Shown here piece after piece: positions 39,853-49,528 of a stretch of 64,000 bases of DNA. Each line of letters starts with the position of its first letter. The first letter of the stretch is position 1. Under the pieces are notes generated by a model. The model saw nothing but the letters and a program-made list of their open reading frames with translations, searched no databases and was not told the DNA's origin. Both the position numbers and the translations under genes were made by a program. Source of the stretch: Minisyncoccota bacterium. GTDB lineage: Bacteria > Patescibacteriota > Minisyncoccia > Phycocordibacterales > CALRHW01. The DNA is taken from contig JAXLZT010000001.1 of assembly GCA_046350795.1 (NCBI GenBank), positions 2,411-66,410 on the forward strand. Direction: 5' to 3'.

Positions 39853-40656
39853 ATGGGGACAAACGGAAAATCAAATCCGGACCGCTCCAAAGAGAGCGAC
39901 TCCGTGGATGTCTGGAAGCAGTACAAAGAGAATCCGAGCCAAGAGCTACGGAACAAACTCATACTCATGCATTACGGGGTTCTACTCGGCCACGCAAAAC
40001 GACAACACATCAGACTGAGGAAAATACTTTCCGTTGAAGAACTCGCGTCATACGGGCTCGATGGACTGATAGATGCCATTAATGCGTTTGATCCTGAACG
40101 TGGCATCAGGTTTGAGACATTCTGTTCACCCAGGATCTGGGGCTCGATGATAGACGGAATCCGCGAGATGGACTGGATCCCTCGCCTAGTCCGATCTAGA
40201 ACACGCAAGATTGAATCTGCGAGGGATCGTCTCAAACTGTCCTTGGGTCGAGATCCAACCCCCGAGGAAATACGAGAGGAACTCAAACTCAGCCCTGAAC
40301 AATATGAGAAAGAGAGTGGTGATTCACAACCAAAACACACCAACTCCCTCTCTCGTGAAGTGTGTGGGAATCAGCAAGGTGGCCGTGAGGTCTCACAAAT
40401 AGACTTCATCGAAGACGATGGATGTGAGAAGCCTGGAGATGAAGCCGATAGACAGGACCTGAGAAGATTCATGACTCGGGGGCTAGACCAGAAAAGTAGG
40501 CTCATCATCATCCTTCATCACTTCGAAGGCTTCAGCATGAAGGAGGTTGGTGAAATACTCTTCATGAGTGAGTCTCGGATATCTCAAATGCACACCGCAG
40601 CAATAGACGTGATTAGGTCAAACCTCGCACTGAAAGAGCTGTTGGACAAGCGTTGA
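39853..40656 (+). CDS. fliA: FliA/WhiG-family (sigma28) RNA polymerase sigma factor (unit 6)
   Basis: FDPERGIRFETF..PRI.G, DWIPRLVRS, LGRDPT, SESRISQMH; AGGAG SD. Confidence 0.88.
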   Translation: MGTNGKSNPDRSKESDSVDVWKQYKENPSQELRNKLILMHYGVLLGHAKRQHIRLRKILSVEELASYGLDGLIDAINAFDPERGIRFETFCSPRIWGSMIDGIREMDWIPRLVRSRTRKIESARDRLKLSLGRDPTPEEIREELKLSPEQYEKESGDSQPKHTNSLSREVCGNQQGGREVSQIDFIEDDGCEKPGDEADRQDLRRFMTRGLDQKSRLIIILHHFEGFSMKEVGEILFMSESRISQMHTAAIDVIRSNLALKELLDKR

Positions 40657-40679
40657 GAACAAAAAACAAAAACGCCTTT

Positions 40680-40707
40680 GGGCCGCCACGAAAGTGGCGG
40701 CCCATTT
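40680..40707 (+). terminator. intrinsic terminator after fliA
   Basis: GGGCCGCCAC-GAAA-GTGGCGGCCC-ATTT. Confidence 0.75.
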
Positions 40708-40791
40708 CACATCATGTTATTGCCAAAAAAATATCATTGTGATTATATTGTGGGTGAAAAGTACACGCACAACCAACCCAGGAGCAACGAA

Positions 40792-41718
40792 ATGCCCAGC
40801 AAAAGCACCAGTGCAACCAAGTCAGAAAACGGTCAAGAACAGACCGGACAAATGCTCACGGTGGATATCAATCGTATTCGTCCGTTCAAAGAACAGCCGA
40901 GAACGTACTTCGAATCGACAGGTATCACCAACCTATCGAAAAGCATCAGGAACAAGCAGCGCCTCCCGATTTCCGTCATGCGCATTGAGGATGATCCCAG
41001 GCATGACTTCGAAATCATTGACGGAGAGCGTCGATTTCGAGCCGCAAAGGAGGCCGGGGTCAACAGGATTCTCGTTTGGATCAAGACCATCAGAAGCAAA
41101 GATGAGCAGTTCATCGACTCTGTGGTCTCCAACTTCGGACGAGAAAACCACACGGTTTTGGAGAAGGTAAACGCCTTCACTCGACTGCGACAGTGGTACA
41201 GCGCAGAAGAGATCGCTGAGCTGTGTGGTTGTCACTTCACGACCGTCTACCAGTACTTGTCACTTTCGAAGTTGGTGCCGGAAGCGTTGAAGAGGCTCGA
41301 TCCGAGCCTGCCAGAAGATGAGATGCTCAACTTCTCCACAGCAGCAAGACTCGCAACCCTTGATCCAGAGATCCAGCTCGACGTGCTTGAGCAGATCAGT
41401 GGCAAGAAGATGCCACATCGAGAAGTTCGACATTTCGTCCGGGCAAGAGCGCACGAGTCTGGAAAGCTGTCCAGCAGCAAGACGAAACCTGACAAGTATC
41501 GTCACAGACACTGGAACATGTTCACAGGATTTGTGAACCGGAGCGTTCAGGAGGCGAAAAGCATTGCCGACATGCCTGACAGCATGTTCGTGGAGGCTGT
41601 CACATCACGAACGAGAGCAGAAATGGAGTATTTCGAGAAGGAGGCCAACGCCCTCATTCGTGAGATCGAGAAACTCAAGAACAAGGTGATGAGAGCCAAG
41701 AAAACATCCTCGAAGTAG
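40792..41718 (+). CDS. orphan ParB/Spo0J-family CTPase DNA-binding protein (unit 7)
   Basis: QPRTYF, IIDGERRFRA, HTH (AEEIAELCGCHFTTVYQYL); AGGAG SD before ATG 40792. Confidence 0.85.
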   Translation: MPSKSTSATKSENGQEQTGQMLTVDINRIRPFKEQPRTYFESTGITNLSKSIRNKQRLPISVMRIEDDPRHDFEIIDGERRFRAAKEAGVNRILVWIKTIRSKDEQFIDSVVSNFGRENHTVLEKVNAFTRLRQWYSAEEIAELCGCHFTTVYQYLSLSKLVPEALKRLDPSLPEDEMLNFSTAARLATLDPEIQLDVLEQISGKKMPHREVRHFVRARAHESGKLSSSKTKPDKYRHRHWNMFTGFVNRSVQEAKSIADMPDSMFVEAVTSRTRAEMEYFEKEANALIREIEKLKNKVMRAKKTSSK

Positions 41719-41756
41719 TGGCGACCCAGAGGATTAGAAATCAACCAAAGCCATTC

Positions 41757-41787
41757 GGGGCCCCGCAATCTGTCGCGGGCCCCTTTT
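41757..41787 (+). terminator. terminator after parB-like gene (convergent with mscL)
   Basis: GGGGCCCCGC...GCGGGCCCC-TTTT. Confidence 0.7.
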
Positions 41788-41797
41788 AATTTTATAT

Positions 41798-42199
41798 TTA
41801 CCCTACCATCTGCGTACAATGAGCACATCTAGTCGCTTCGAGAGGAATTTCGCTCAAACACTCTTTGCATTTTTTTGTAGTCGGATCTGCTGGTGGAGCC
41901 TTGCGAGAACGAGATACGAGCATGTTCATTGGCTTTATAACAAAAAAGAAAATAGCACCTGCGACCAGAATAAAAGAAATAACTGCGTTTATAAGATGTC
42001 CGATCATAAACTGACTGCCATTTATGGTAAAAAACCAGCCAGAAAAATCTGGCACTTTTGCAATCGCTGAAATAAATGGCGTGAGCAGATCTGACACCAG
42101 AGCGTTGACCACCGTACCAAAAGACGCTCCGACCACGACTCCGACTGCCAAATCAATCACATTTCCTCTGAGTAAAAATTGTTTGAATTCTTTTAGCAT
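41798..42199 (-). CDS. mscL: large-conductance mechanosensitive channel
   Basis: EFKQFLLRGNVIDLAVGVVVG; C-terminal CxxC..CxxC. Confidence 0.93.
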   Translation of the reverse strand: MLKEFKQFLLRGNVIDLAVGVVVGASFGTVVNALVSDLLTPFISAIAKVPDFSGWFFTINGSQFMIGHLINAVISFILVAGAIFFFVIKPMNMLVSRSRKAPPADPTTKKCKECLSEIPLEATRCAHCTQMVG

Positions 42200-42214
42200 A
42201 ATAATTAATTTAAA

Positions 42215-42661
42215 TTATTGGAATATAAAATTCCAAATTCTACTAAACAAACCCACTCGTTTTGTCTGCACTACTGGTTCAGTTTTTTGTTCCACTGGAG
42301 CTGTTTTTACTACTTCTGCCACGGGCTTTTGCACTGGCAAAGTTTTTTTCACCTCAGTTTTTACAGGAGTCATGTTTTTTACCGGAGCCACAATCGGCTC
42401 CACTATCGGTTGCACAGTGGTCTTCTGCTCGATAATTTTTGGCTCTATATATTTCTCTGGTTCATCATATGAAGCACACATGATCATTGATGAATACTGA
42501 ACACTACTATTTCTCCAGCCATCCTTACAAATAACACTACCATCACTATCTCGCCCAGACGCACAACTCACTCCCCCATGACCAGAACACGCTCCGCTCG
42601 TAGCGAAAGCCAAAGTGGGAGTGAGTAAAATAAATGCTAGTACAGTTAGCAATTTTTTCAT
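42215..42661 (-). CDS. secreted protein with Cys/His N-terminal module and low-complexity tail
   Basis: Signal peptide MKKLL..AFA; GACSGHGGVSC..C. Confidence 0.7.
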   Translation of the reverse strand: MKKLLTVLAFILLTPTLAFATSGACSGHGGVSCASGRDSDGSVICKDGWRNSSVQYSSMIMCASYDEPEKYIEPKIIEQKTTVQPIVEPIVAPVKNMTPVKTEVKKTLPVQKPVAEVVKTAPVEQKTEPVVQTKRVGLFSRIWNFIFQ

Positions 42662-42820
42662 ATTAAGTTTTATCAAAATAATTTAAATAAAAATATATTT
42701 GTGGCCCACAAATCTTTGATACTTCAACCAAAGATTCTTTAGGGGGTGAAAACTTCTCCTGCTGGGACCATATCTATCTTATTATCTTTAATATTTTAAT
42801 AGTAAGACAGAATTCAAAAA

Positions 42821-43015
42821 CTATTTATCCTTAGACACAACCACTAAACCATCTTGTGTCAGAGCCCACACAAGAGATATAACCCAACCAACAACAGTAA
42901 AACCTAGAAAAAAATTCAAAGCAAATATTGCGCCTTTATTTCTTTTGCGCTTATTGAAAGCAATAATACTTGGTAAAAAATAAAATAGTATTAATAATAT
43001 GATAAAAATCAACAT
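42821..43015 (-). CDS. superinfection immunity family protein (T4 Imm-like)
   Basis: YFLPSIIA..R...AIFALNFFLGFTVVGWVISLVWAL matches the family consensus. Confidence 0.8.
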   Translation of the reverse strand: MLIFIILLILFYFLPSIIAFNKRKRNKGAIFALNFFLGFTVVGWVISLVWALTQDGLVVVSKDK

Positions 43016-43178
43016 GTAATATATTGTATTATAAGAATAACATGAATGAAAGTGCTGGTCGTATCAAACTAGAACCGTAGTCGGTCAAGCTCGGTAAAGT
43101 TATTTTAGCATCTTTTCGTTTTTCAAATCGATGTATCTTGAGCATATAGAAAAACCGTGCTTATATTAGTTCATATTT

Positions 43179-43919
43179 ATGGAATACAGGAAATGGAAAG
43201 ATAACAACATCATCGTCTGCCTGACAAAAAAAGAGATTGGTATATTCCTGAAGCAAGCAAAATGGGAACTAATAGAGAAGATTATGGTGGAGAAGAGGTG
43301 GAGTCTAGCTGATGTAATGGCGGATCAGAAAAAGGTACTGGAAGTTGTCCAGCCAGTTTCTGAGTCTCTTGCTGAAGACAAGGATGAGGTAGAAATATTT
43401 GTCGCCTTCGACTCGATTGTAGATTTCTACAAATCCGACAGTCTAATATGCTTTCCATTGCGGGCAAACTTCAATACAAGTCGAGATACAATAAATAGTT
43501 TTTCAGAACTAAAGAATTCAATCGAGGAAGCAAGTCCTGATGACATTATTATCTTTGATGGTGTCAACTATCGATCCTTTCAAATGAAACGATACCGAGG
43601 AAAGCTTGAGACTCAGGATATCGGTAAATATATTGTCAATAAGATTGAAGGGTACGGCAACCTAGGCGACCGAAATTTGCTCGTCATTCCACAATCTGAT
43701 CTTCCATTCAATATTGATTTTCATGAGCTGCACGATTTCCTAAAGAACGAGAAGCCACCGATTACCGGACAGGTTCTTGTTGGATTCAACGCCAACAACA
43801 AAGAATTCTTACTTAATCAAGTGTACCCAGACCTGAATACTAGTTCTATCCCCATAAGAGAGTCTGCACAAAAACTATCTAAAGTCTGGAGGAAAATGAA
43901 AAACAATAACGATCAGTAG
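43179..43919 (+). CDS. hypothetical protein, possible PD-(D/E)xK-like nuclease fold
   Basis: 246-aa ORF with PDDIII....FQMK pattern; fold is inference. Confidence 0.6.
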   Translation: MEYRKWKDNNIIVCLTKKEIGIFLKQAKWELIEKIMVEKRWSLADVMADQKKVLEVVQPVSESLAEDKDEVEIFVAFDSIVDFYKSDSLICFPLRANFNTSRDTINSFSELKNSIEEASPDDIIIFDGVNYRSFQMKRYRGKLETQDIGKYIVNKIEGYGNLGDRNLLVIPQSDLPFNIDFHELHDFLKNEKPPITGQVLVGFNANNKEFLLNQVYPDLNTSSIPIRESAQKLSKVWRKMKNNNDQ

Positions 43920-43921
43920 AT

Positions 43922-44821
43922 ATGCAAAAGCGACACCACACAGTACCTCGTTGCTATCTTGAGCAGTTCATTGATACGAACGGTGATATTTGGAGTCTAG
44001 ATACAAGCAATAAAATATTTAATACTAAACCGAACAACATTCTCGTCGAAAGCCACTTCTACCGGATAACGCTAAAGGACGGGAGTAAAAGTGTGGTTGT
44101 TGAAAATACACTTGCCGACATTGAGGGCAGATACGCCGAAATATTCAGGAATAAACTTTCTCAAGACAAGTTCCTTACATCTGAGGAACGTGCGTATGCG
44201 TCTGTGTTCTTGGCATCTTTACTGCATCGAACTAGACCAAATAGAGAGGGTCTGAGAGGTATGCTCTCTAGCCTCAAGAAATCGGCTGAAGAATGGAGGG
44301 AGCAACTAAAATGGCTTTCACCGGAACAAAAGCGTATCATAAGTGCAACCCCCTCTACTGGAGAGTCCATAAATATTGAGGATCTGGAGAAAGGACTGGA
44401 GAACTGGGATGAGCATCATTCTGCAAGCTTGATTGACCACATTACACACACAGCACAAGTACTTTTCAATATGAATTGGTCAGTCTGGAAGTATCCGTCT
44501 GGTCAAGGAAGCTTCCTAACTTCTGACGACCCGTTCGTGATGAGGCGTCCTGCAGCAGAATTGAAATACGGGAAAAATGCTATCGGTAGCCAAGCGGGTC
44601 TTCTTTTTAAAGATGTAGAGATAACCATTCCCCTTTCCAAAGAGCGCCTTCTCCTAGCCGGTTGGATACTAGAACGCGATAGCTATATCGAAGCTACAGC
44701 TGACACAGCAGAAGCAATGAACCAGCGGACAATTTTGGCTTCGTCAAAACACGTTATCGCTTGCAATAAGAAGCAGTTGGAAGAAGTCATAAAAAAGTAT
44801 CCTCCTCTCCCCAAGCCATAA
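43922..44821 (+). CDS. DUF4238 family protein
   Basis: HHTVPRCYLEQF N-terminus, FY...VENTLADIE, FLTSDDPF, IPLS. Confidence 0.75.
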   Translation: MQKRHHTVPRCYLEQFIDTNGDIWSLDTSNKIFNTKPNNILVESHFYRITLKDGSKSVVVENTLADIEGRYAEIFRNKLSQDKFLTSEERAYASVFLASLLHRTRPNREGLRGMLSSLKKSAEEWREQLKWLSPEQKRIISATPSTGESINIEDLEKGLENWDEHHSASLIDHITHTAQVLFNMNWSVWKYPSGQGSFLTSDDPFVMRRPAAELKYGKNAIGSQAGLLFKDVEITIPLSKERLLLAGWILERDSYIEATADTAEAMNQRTILASSKHVIACNKKQLEEVIKKYPPLPKP

Positions 44822-44871
44822 CAATCCTGAAATAAAACGCCTCTCGAGTGCGATAACCCATCTCAACCTAG

Positions 44872-44942
44872 CTGCCGATCAGGGACTCGAACCCCAATTA
44901 ACCGCTCCAGAGGCGGTCGTCCTACCATTAGACGAATCGGCA
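44872..44942 (-). tRNA. tRNA-Gln(CUG)
   Basis: TGCCGATTCGTCTAATGGTAGGACG ACCGC-CTCTGGA-GCGGT..GGTTCGAGTCC..ATCGGCAG. Confidence 0.93.
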
Positions 44943-44995
44943 ATATTATCCCTACGATACTGGAAAAAGACACTATTTTCAACTATAATAATGGA

Positions 44996-46546
44996 ATGTC
45001 ATCAGAACCAATGAAAAATCTAGCTACAAAGCTAGCCACAATACAGACACAGACACTTTCTTCCGACAAAAGCAAACAAATATTCGAAGTTAACAATCTC
45101 ATAGGTAAAGCGGCCACTTTTTACGAAAAAGTGCGATACCTTGTCGACTACAAAGAAGAGCACACTATTAGACGCAATGCATTGGAGCGCATCCTCAAGA
45201 GAAAGATGGTCATCGAGGGTCGCAACGTCACAGGAGTCTCTATCCTCCAAGAGCTTGCTAGTGGACAATACATTCCTGAAGAAGTAGTAACAGAAGAGCT
45301 GGGCCAAAAGCTAAATAGCATTCTTTTAAAATTCCTGAGGCTCGAAGAGCTGTCCGGCGAGACCGGTGTCGTAGCAAAAAGACTACTTAGCTTTACTGCT
45401 TCAGAGATAGACTACACACTGAGTCACTATCATCATGTCACCGACCATGCCATCATCGATACTTTCTATGAAATGATGCGTAAAAATGTGTCCATGTCTG
45501 GCGTGATGGAGCGAGAGCTGGACAATGCTCTCTACTGCGCATGCCACCGAGCTCTCGTGCGTGCTGATGATGAAGGTCTAGCATATGCTCTATGGCTAAA
45601 GTATGTTCCAGAATGGCACACTATTACTGATGACGGACTTGCTGATCTAGCAAAGCAACTAAAACAAACTATTTCTGCTATAGATGCTTCTGTAAAAAAT
45701 CCTCTACAATGGCGACTCGTACAAAAACTAAAAAACGAAACGATTTATTTTTTGATCGTACGCGAGCTAGTCCAACAATATGGACCAGAATCTAGCCGAA
45801 TACTCGAGACTCCGGGTGAAATGGAAATATTTACACAGTCTTTACTTGAGAAAAAATACAAAAAAGAAAATGAACGTATACGAAAGAGTGGTATTCGCGC
45901 CGTTATTTATCTTTTCTTTACCAAGGCAATATTTGCTCTAGGACTAGAACTACCATATGAATACCTCGTGCTTAGCACAATGAACTACGTGCCTATTTTA
46001 GTAAACTTACTCTTCCCCCCTATCCTTCTTTTTATCGCTACACGCGGAGTGGGATCATTCAACAAAAACAATACAAAAGCAGTACTCACTGGCATGAGAG
46101 AGATGTTTTATGATGGCAAGATAGCAAAGATTAAAATAAAATCACACAGTACTGTCATTGCTTTCATATTTACTCTCGTATATCTAGTCTTTGCTGGTGC
46201 TGTATTTGGCGCGATGGTCTCTGTACTTCATTTCTTCCATTTCAATGTCGTTAGTATAGCCATTTTCCTTTTCTTCTTGGCGCTCGTAAGCTACTTTGCT
46301 TTCCGCATCAGATACAATGCAAAGAGATGGAAAACCACTCAAAAAGAAAATATTATTACACTCATCACCAGCTTGCTTACCGTGCCAGTCATTCGTACAG
46401 GACGATGGCTGAGCCAGTCTTTCTCTAGTATCAATGTGTTTGTCATCATCATGGACTTCATCATTGAAACTCCATTCAAGCTACTGCTCGATTTTTCAAA
46501 TCAATTTATCACTTATTTAAAAGAAAAGACTCCGGAGATTTATTAA
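44996..46546 (+). CDS. hypothetical integral membrane protein
   Basis: 516-aa ORF; soluble N-terminus (YEKVRYLVDYKEEHTIRR) and C-terminal TM helices. Confidence 0.75.
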   Translation: MSSEPMKNLATKLATIQTQTLSSDKSKQIFEVNNLIGKAATFYEKVRYLVDYKEEHTIRRNALERILKRKMVIEGRNVTGVSILQELASGQYIPEEVVTEELGQKLNSILLKFLRLEELSGETGVVAKRLLSFTASEIDYTLSHYHHVTDHAIIDTFYEMMRKNVSMSGVMERELDNALYCACHRALVRADDEGLAYALWLKYVPEWHTITDDGLADLAKQLKQTISAIDASVKNPLQWRLVQKLKNETIYFLIVRELVQQYGPESSRILETPGEMEIFTQSLLEKKYKKENERIRKSGIRAVIYLFFTKAIFALGLELPYEYLVLSTMNYVPILVNLLFPPILLFIATRGVGSFNKNNTKAVLTGMREMFYDGKIAKIKIKSHSTVIAFIFTLVYLVFAGAVFGAMVSVLHFFHFNVVSIAIFLFFLALVSYFAFRIRYNAKRWKTTQKENIITLITSLLTVPVIRTGRWLSQSFSSINVFVIIMDFIIETPFKLLLDFSNQFITYLKEKTPEIY

Positions 46547-46627
46547 TCAATATAAAGAAAAGCCACCGGGTTAGGGTGGCAGAGGGGTGTCGTGAGTGGT
46601 GAGAAAAGATGACGGTCGATGGCAGGA

Positions 46628-46828
46628 TCAGAGTGGCTGACCAAACCGGTCAAGGGCCAGACAGCCACTGCAATCCTTCCAAAACCCCTGACGCTTGTCG
46701 TAGTGCAGACCGTGTGCCCTCCCAGCATCCCGGTTTTGCGGATTGCTCGGGAGCAAGTCGCTGTCAAACTGAGGCTTGGCGGGCTCAGTCACCTTTTGCG
46801 ACGACAACTCCGCTTTCTTTTCTGACAT
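46628..46828 (-). CDS. GC-rich 66-aa orphan protein (unit 8)
   Basis: AGGAG SD before ATG 46828; extended -10 TGaTACATT; GCCACC/GGTGGC hairpin downstream. Confidence 0.65.
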   Translation of the reverse strand: MSEKKAELSSQKVTEPAKPQFDSDLLPSNPQNRDAGRAHGLHYDKRQGFWKDCSGCLALDRFGQPL

Positions 46829-46878
46829 GTGTGTCTCCTGTTTCGTGGTGTGCAAACCCAGAGTAATGTATCACGGTT

Positions 46879-48564
46879 TTAAGGTTTCTTCCAGTCTTTT
46901 AAAGATGCTTTTACAAAAGCAGTAAAAAGAGGATGTGGATCTAGGGGTCGCGCCTGAAACTCTGGATGAAACTGTGTGGCAACGAAAAACGGATGATCTT
47001 TGCGCGGTAGCTCTATGATTTCCATGAGCTTGCGACTAGGCGACACCCCAGAAAATACAAGTCCCGCTTTTTTTAATTTTTCTACATAATCTGGATTGAC
47101 CTCATATCGATGTCGATGTCGTTCAGAAATATTTCCTGAATCATATGCCTCACGCGCAATACTTCCCTTTTCTAGTCTAGCTGGATATGCACCAAGTCGC
47201 ATTGTGCCACCATAATTATTTTCCATCATATTTCTCTCCTGCTCTGGCATGATGTAAATCACCGGATACTCTGTCTTTGGATTGACTTCTGTGGTATGCG
47301 CACCAGACAATCCAGCCATGTTGCGCGCATATTCTATGACGGCGAGTTGCATACCATAGCAAATACCAAAAAACGGAATCTTATTTTTTCGCACATATTC
47401 TATTACTTTTATTTTCCCTTCGACAGCAGTCTTGCCAAATCCACCCGGTACGAGCACGCCATCATATTTATCCAGCTCGCTTAAATCTTTTTTACCAGAC
47501 TCAAAATCTCCAGCGTTTAAGTAGTGAAGCTTTGGCTTTACACCAAGCCTGTATGCAGAAAATTTTATAGCGTGGATGATAGAGATATATGCATCTGAAA
47601 GAGAAAACTCACCTGAATCAAAATATTTTCCCACTATCGCTATGTTGACCTCGCCATTTCCATTTTTTACATGTTTGATTAATTTTTTCCATTCGGTCAA
47701 ATCGCCCACGCGATTTTTTGGCCTCAAAGAAAGTGTCTCGCAGAGAATGTTACTTAGATTATCACGTTCAAAATTGACTGGCACATCATATATACTTTCT
47801 ACATCGGGGGCAGATATAACATTTTTTGTGTGAATATTACAAAAGAGGGCGATTTTTTCTTTTCTTTTATTATCCAAAGGCACCTCGCTACGCGCAATGA
47901 TGACATCAGCCTGTACGCCCACACTATTTAGTGAGCGAGAAGCGTATTGCGTTGGCTTAGTTTTCATTTCTCCTATTTTGCTTGGCATAGGCAGATAAGA
48001 CACCATAACAAAAGCCACATCGCTTGGATATTTTGAACGCATCATACGAGCGGCCTCGAGAAAAAGTACGTTTTGATACTCACCTATCGTGCCACCTATC
48101 TCTATGACAGTCACGTCAGCATCTGCATTTTTTGCAGCTTTTTCTATACGACGAATCACCTCCAAAGGCACATCTGGCACCACCTCCACAGTCTTGCCTT
48201 TGTATTCTAGATTGCGCTCTTTGCGTATTACCTCCTGATACACGCGACCAGTCGTCATATAGTTGATACGAGTCAGATCAATATTTAGAAAACGCTCATA
48301 GTTGCCCATATCTTGATCTGTTTCATCTCCATCTTTTAGTACAAAAACTTCACCGTGCTCAGTTGGATTCATGGTGCCTGCATCTACGTTGATATATGGA
48401 TCGATTTTTAAAGCAGTAACACTAAAACCACGAGCTTTTAAAATAAGAGCGATAGAAGAAGCAGCGACACCCTTGCCCACACCAGACATTACTCCACCGG
48501 TGACGAAAATATATTTCCTGATTTTCCGAGTACTCCGTTTTTTCTGTGATTTCCGTTTTTTCAT
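46879..48564 (-). CDS. pyrG: CTP synthase
   Basis: TGGVMSGVGKG, KIDPYIN, GICYGMQ, RHRHRYE, QFHPE. Confidence 0.97.
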   Translation of the reverse strand: MKKRKSQKKRSTRKIRKYIFVTGGVMSGVGKGVAASSIALILKARGFSVTALKIDPYINVDAGTMNPTEHGEVFVLKDGDETDQDMGNYERFLNIDLTRINYMTTGRVYQEVIRKERNLEYKGKTVEVVPDVPLEVIRRIEKAAKNADADVTVIEIGGTIGEYQNVLFLEAARMMRSKYPSDVAFVMVSYLPMPSKIGEMKTKPTQYASRSLNSVGVQADVIIARSEVPLDNKRKEKIALFCNIHTKNVISAPDVESIYDVPVNFERDNLSNILCETLSLRPKNRVGDLTEWKKLIKHVKNGNGEVNIAIVGKYFDSGEFSLSDAYISIIHAIKFSAYRLGVKPKLHYLNAGDFESGKKDLSELDKYDGVLVPGGFGKTAVEGKIKVIEYVRKNKIPFFGICYGMQLAVIEYARNMAGLSGAHTTEVNPKTEYPVIYIMPEQERNMMENNYGGTMRLGAYPARLEKGSIAREAYDSGNISERHRHRYEVNPDYVEKLKKAGLVFSGVSPSRKLMEIIELPRKDHPFFVATQFHPEFQARPLDPHPLFTAFVKASLKDWKKP

Positions 48565-48599
48565 TGGCGGTAAATTTATTATATTTTGGTAATTTTATT

Positions 48600-49526
48600 T
48601 TATACTTTCAGATATCTTTTAACTGCCATGTAGCTAGATACTGCGCCCACAAACACTCCAGAACCTACAACAACCAAAAAGATTTCGCCAAAATTTGATA
48701 CATAATATTCAAAGACATTTATACCCACAAAAAAGCTTTCGGTCATAGAGCCGAGCCATAGAGTAATAGGATAAAAGATACCCAGAGTAAGTAGTCCAGC
48801 AATAACACCGTACATAATACCAGCGACCACAAACGGCCCGCGTATGTATATAGCACTAGCACCCACTAAACGCATGACAGATATTTCCTCGCGAGAGATA
48901 AATATGACGAGACGTATAGTATTAAAAGTAATAAGTATAGAAATAATCACCAAAATAATAGTAGCCAAAAATCCAAGTCTGTCTGCTGAGTCTATGATCT
49001 GTGTGAGCTTATTTATCGCGTCTTTATTTTTTGCATAGTTTATATTATCGACTATCACTTTTCCGTTTTGTGAAAGAATATTTTCACCTTGTAAAAAGTT
49101 TGCGATGCCTTCGTATTGCTGAGGCTCTTTTGCTTTTATGTTTAGTTTTGCACCAAGAGGATTTTCTCCGAGCTCATCGAGAGCTTGCAGAGTAAACTGA
49201 TCATTTTCATGTCGCTTGCGAAAATTGGCCAACTCCTCTTCTCTTGAAACATACTCCACATTTTTTACTTCTGGCAATTTCTCTACAGAACTCTTTATAG
49301 CTAAAATATCACTTTCTTCTGCTGTCGTAACAAAATACACATTCACATCTACTTTGTTGCGTATAGCCTCTAGACTAGAATCTAAAATTGCACCAAAAAA
49401 AATAACAGAGCCAATGACAGATAGCGTCACCACCATCACTAATACAGATGAAAGTGACACAAAGCCATTGCGGAAAAAACCAAAAAAACCAGACTTTATT
49501 ATTCTTTTTATATTAGTTTTGAGCAT
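48600..49526 (-). CDS. ftsX: cell division permease FtsX
   Basis: Four TM helices, NTIRL..REEISVMRLVGA. Confidence 0.9.
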   Translation of the reverse strand: MLKTNIKRIIKSGFFGFFRNGFVSLSSVLVMVVTLSVIGSVIFFGAILDSSLEAIRNKVDVNVYFVTTAEESDILAIKSSVEKLPEVKNVEYVSREEELANFRKRHENDQFTLQALDELGENPLGAKLNIKAKEPQQYEGIANFLQGENILSQNGKVIVDNINYAKNKDAINKLTQIIDSADRLGFLATIILVIISILITFNTIRLVIFISREEISVMRLVGASAIYIRGPFVVAGIMYGVIAGLLTLGIFYPITLWLGSMTESFFVGINVFEYYVSNFGEIFLVVVGSGVFVGAVSSYMAVKRYLKV

Positions 49527-49528
49527 AC

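Noticed and set aside
42700-43100. att-like duplication of the tRNA-Gln 3' end bounding the islet
   Set aside because: Only vague similarity (gctgggacc, ctagaacc); no convincing direct repeat.
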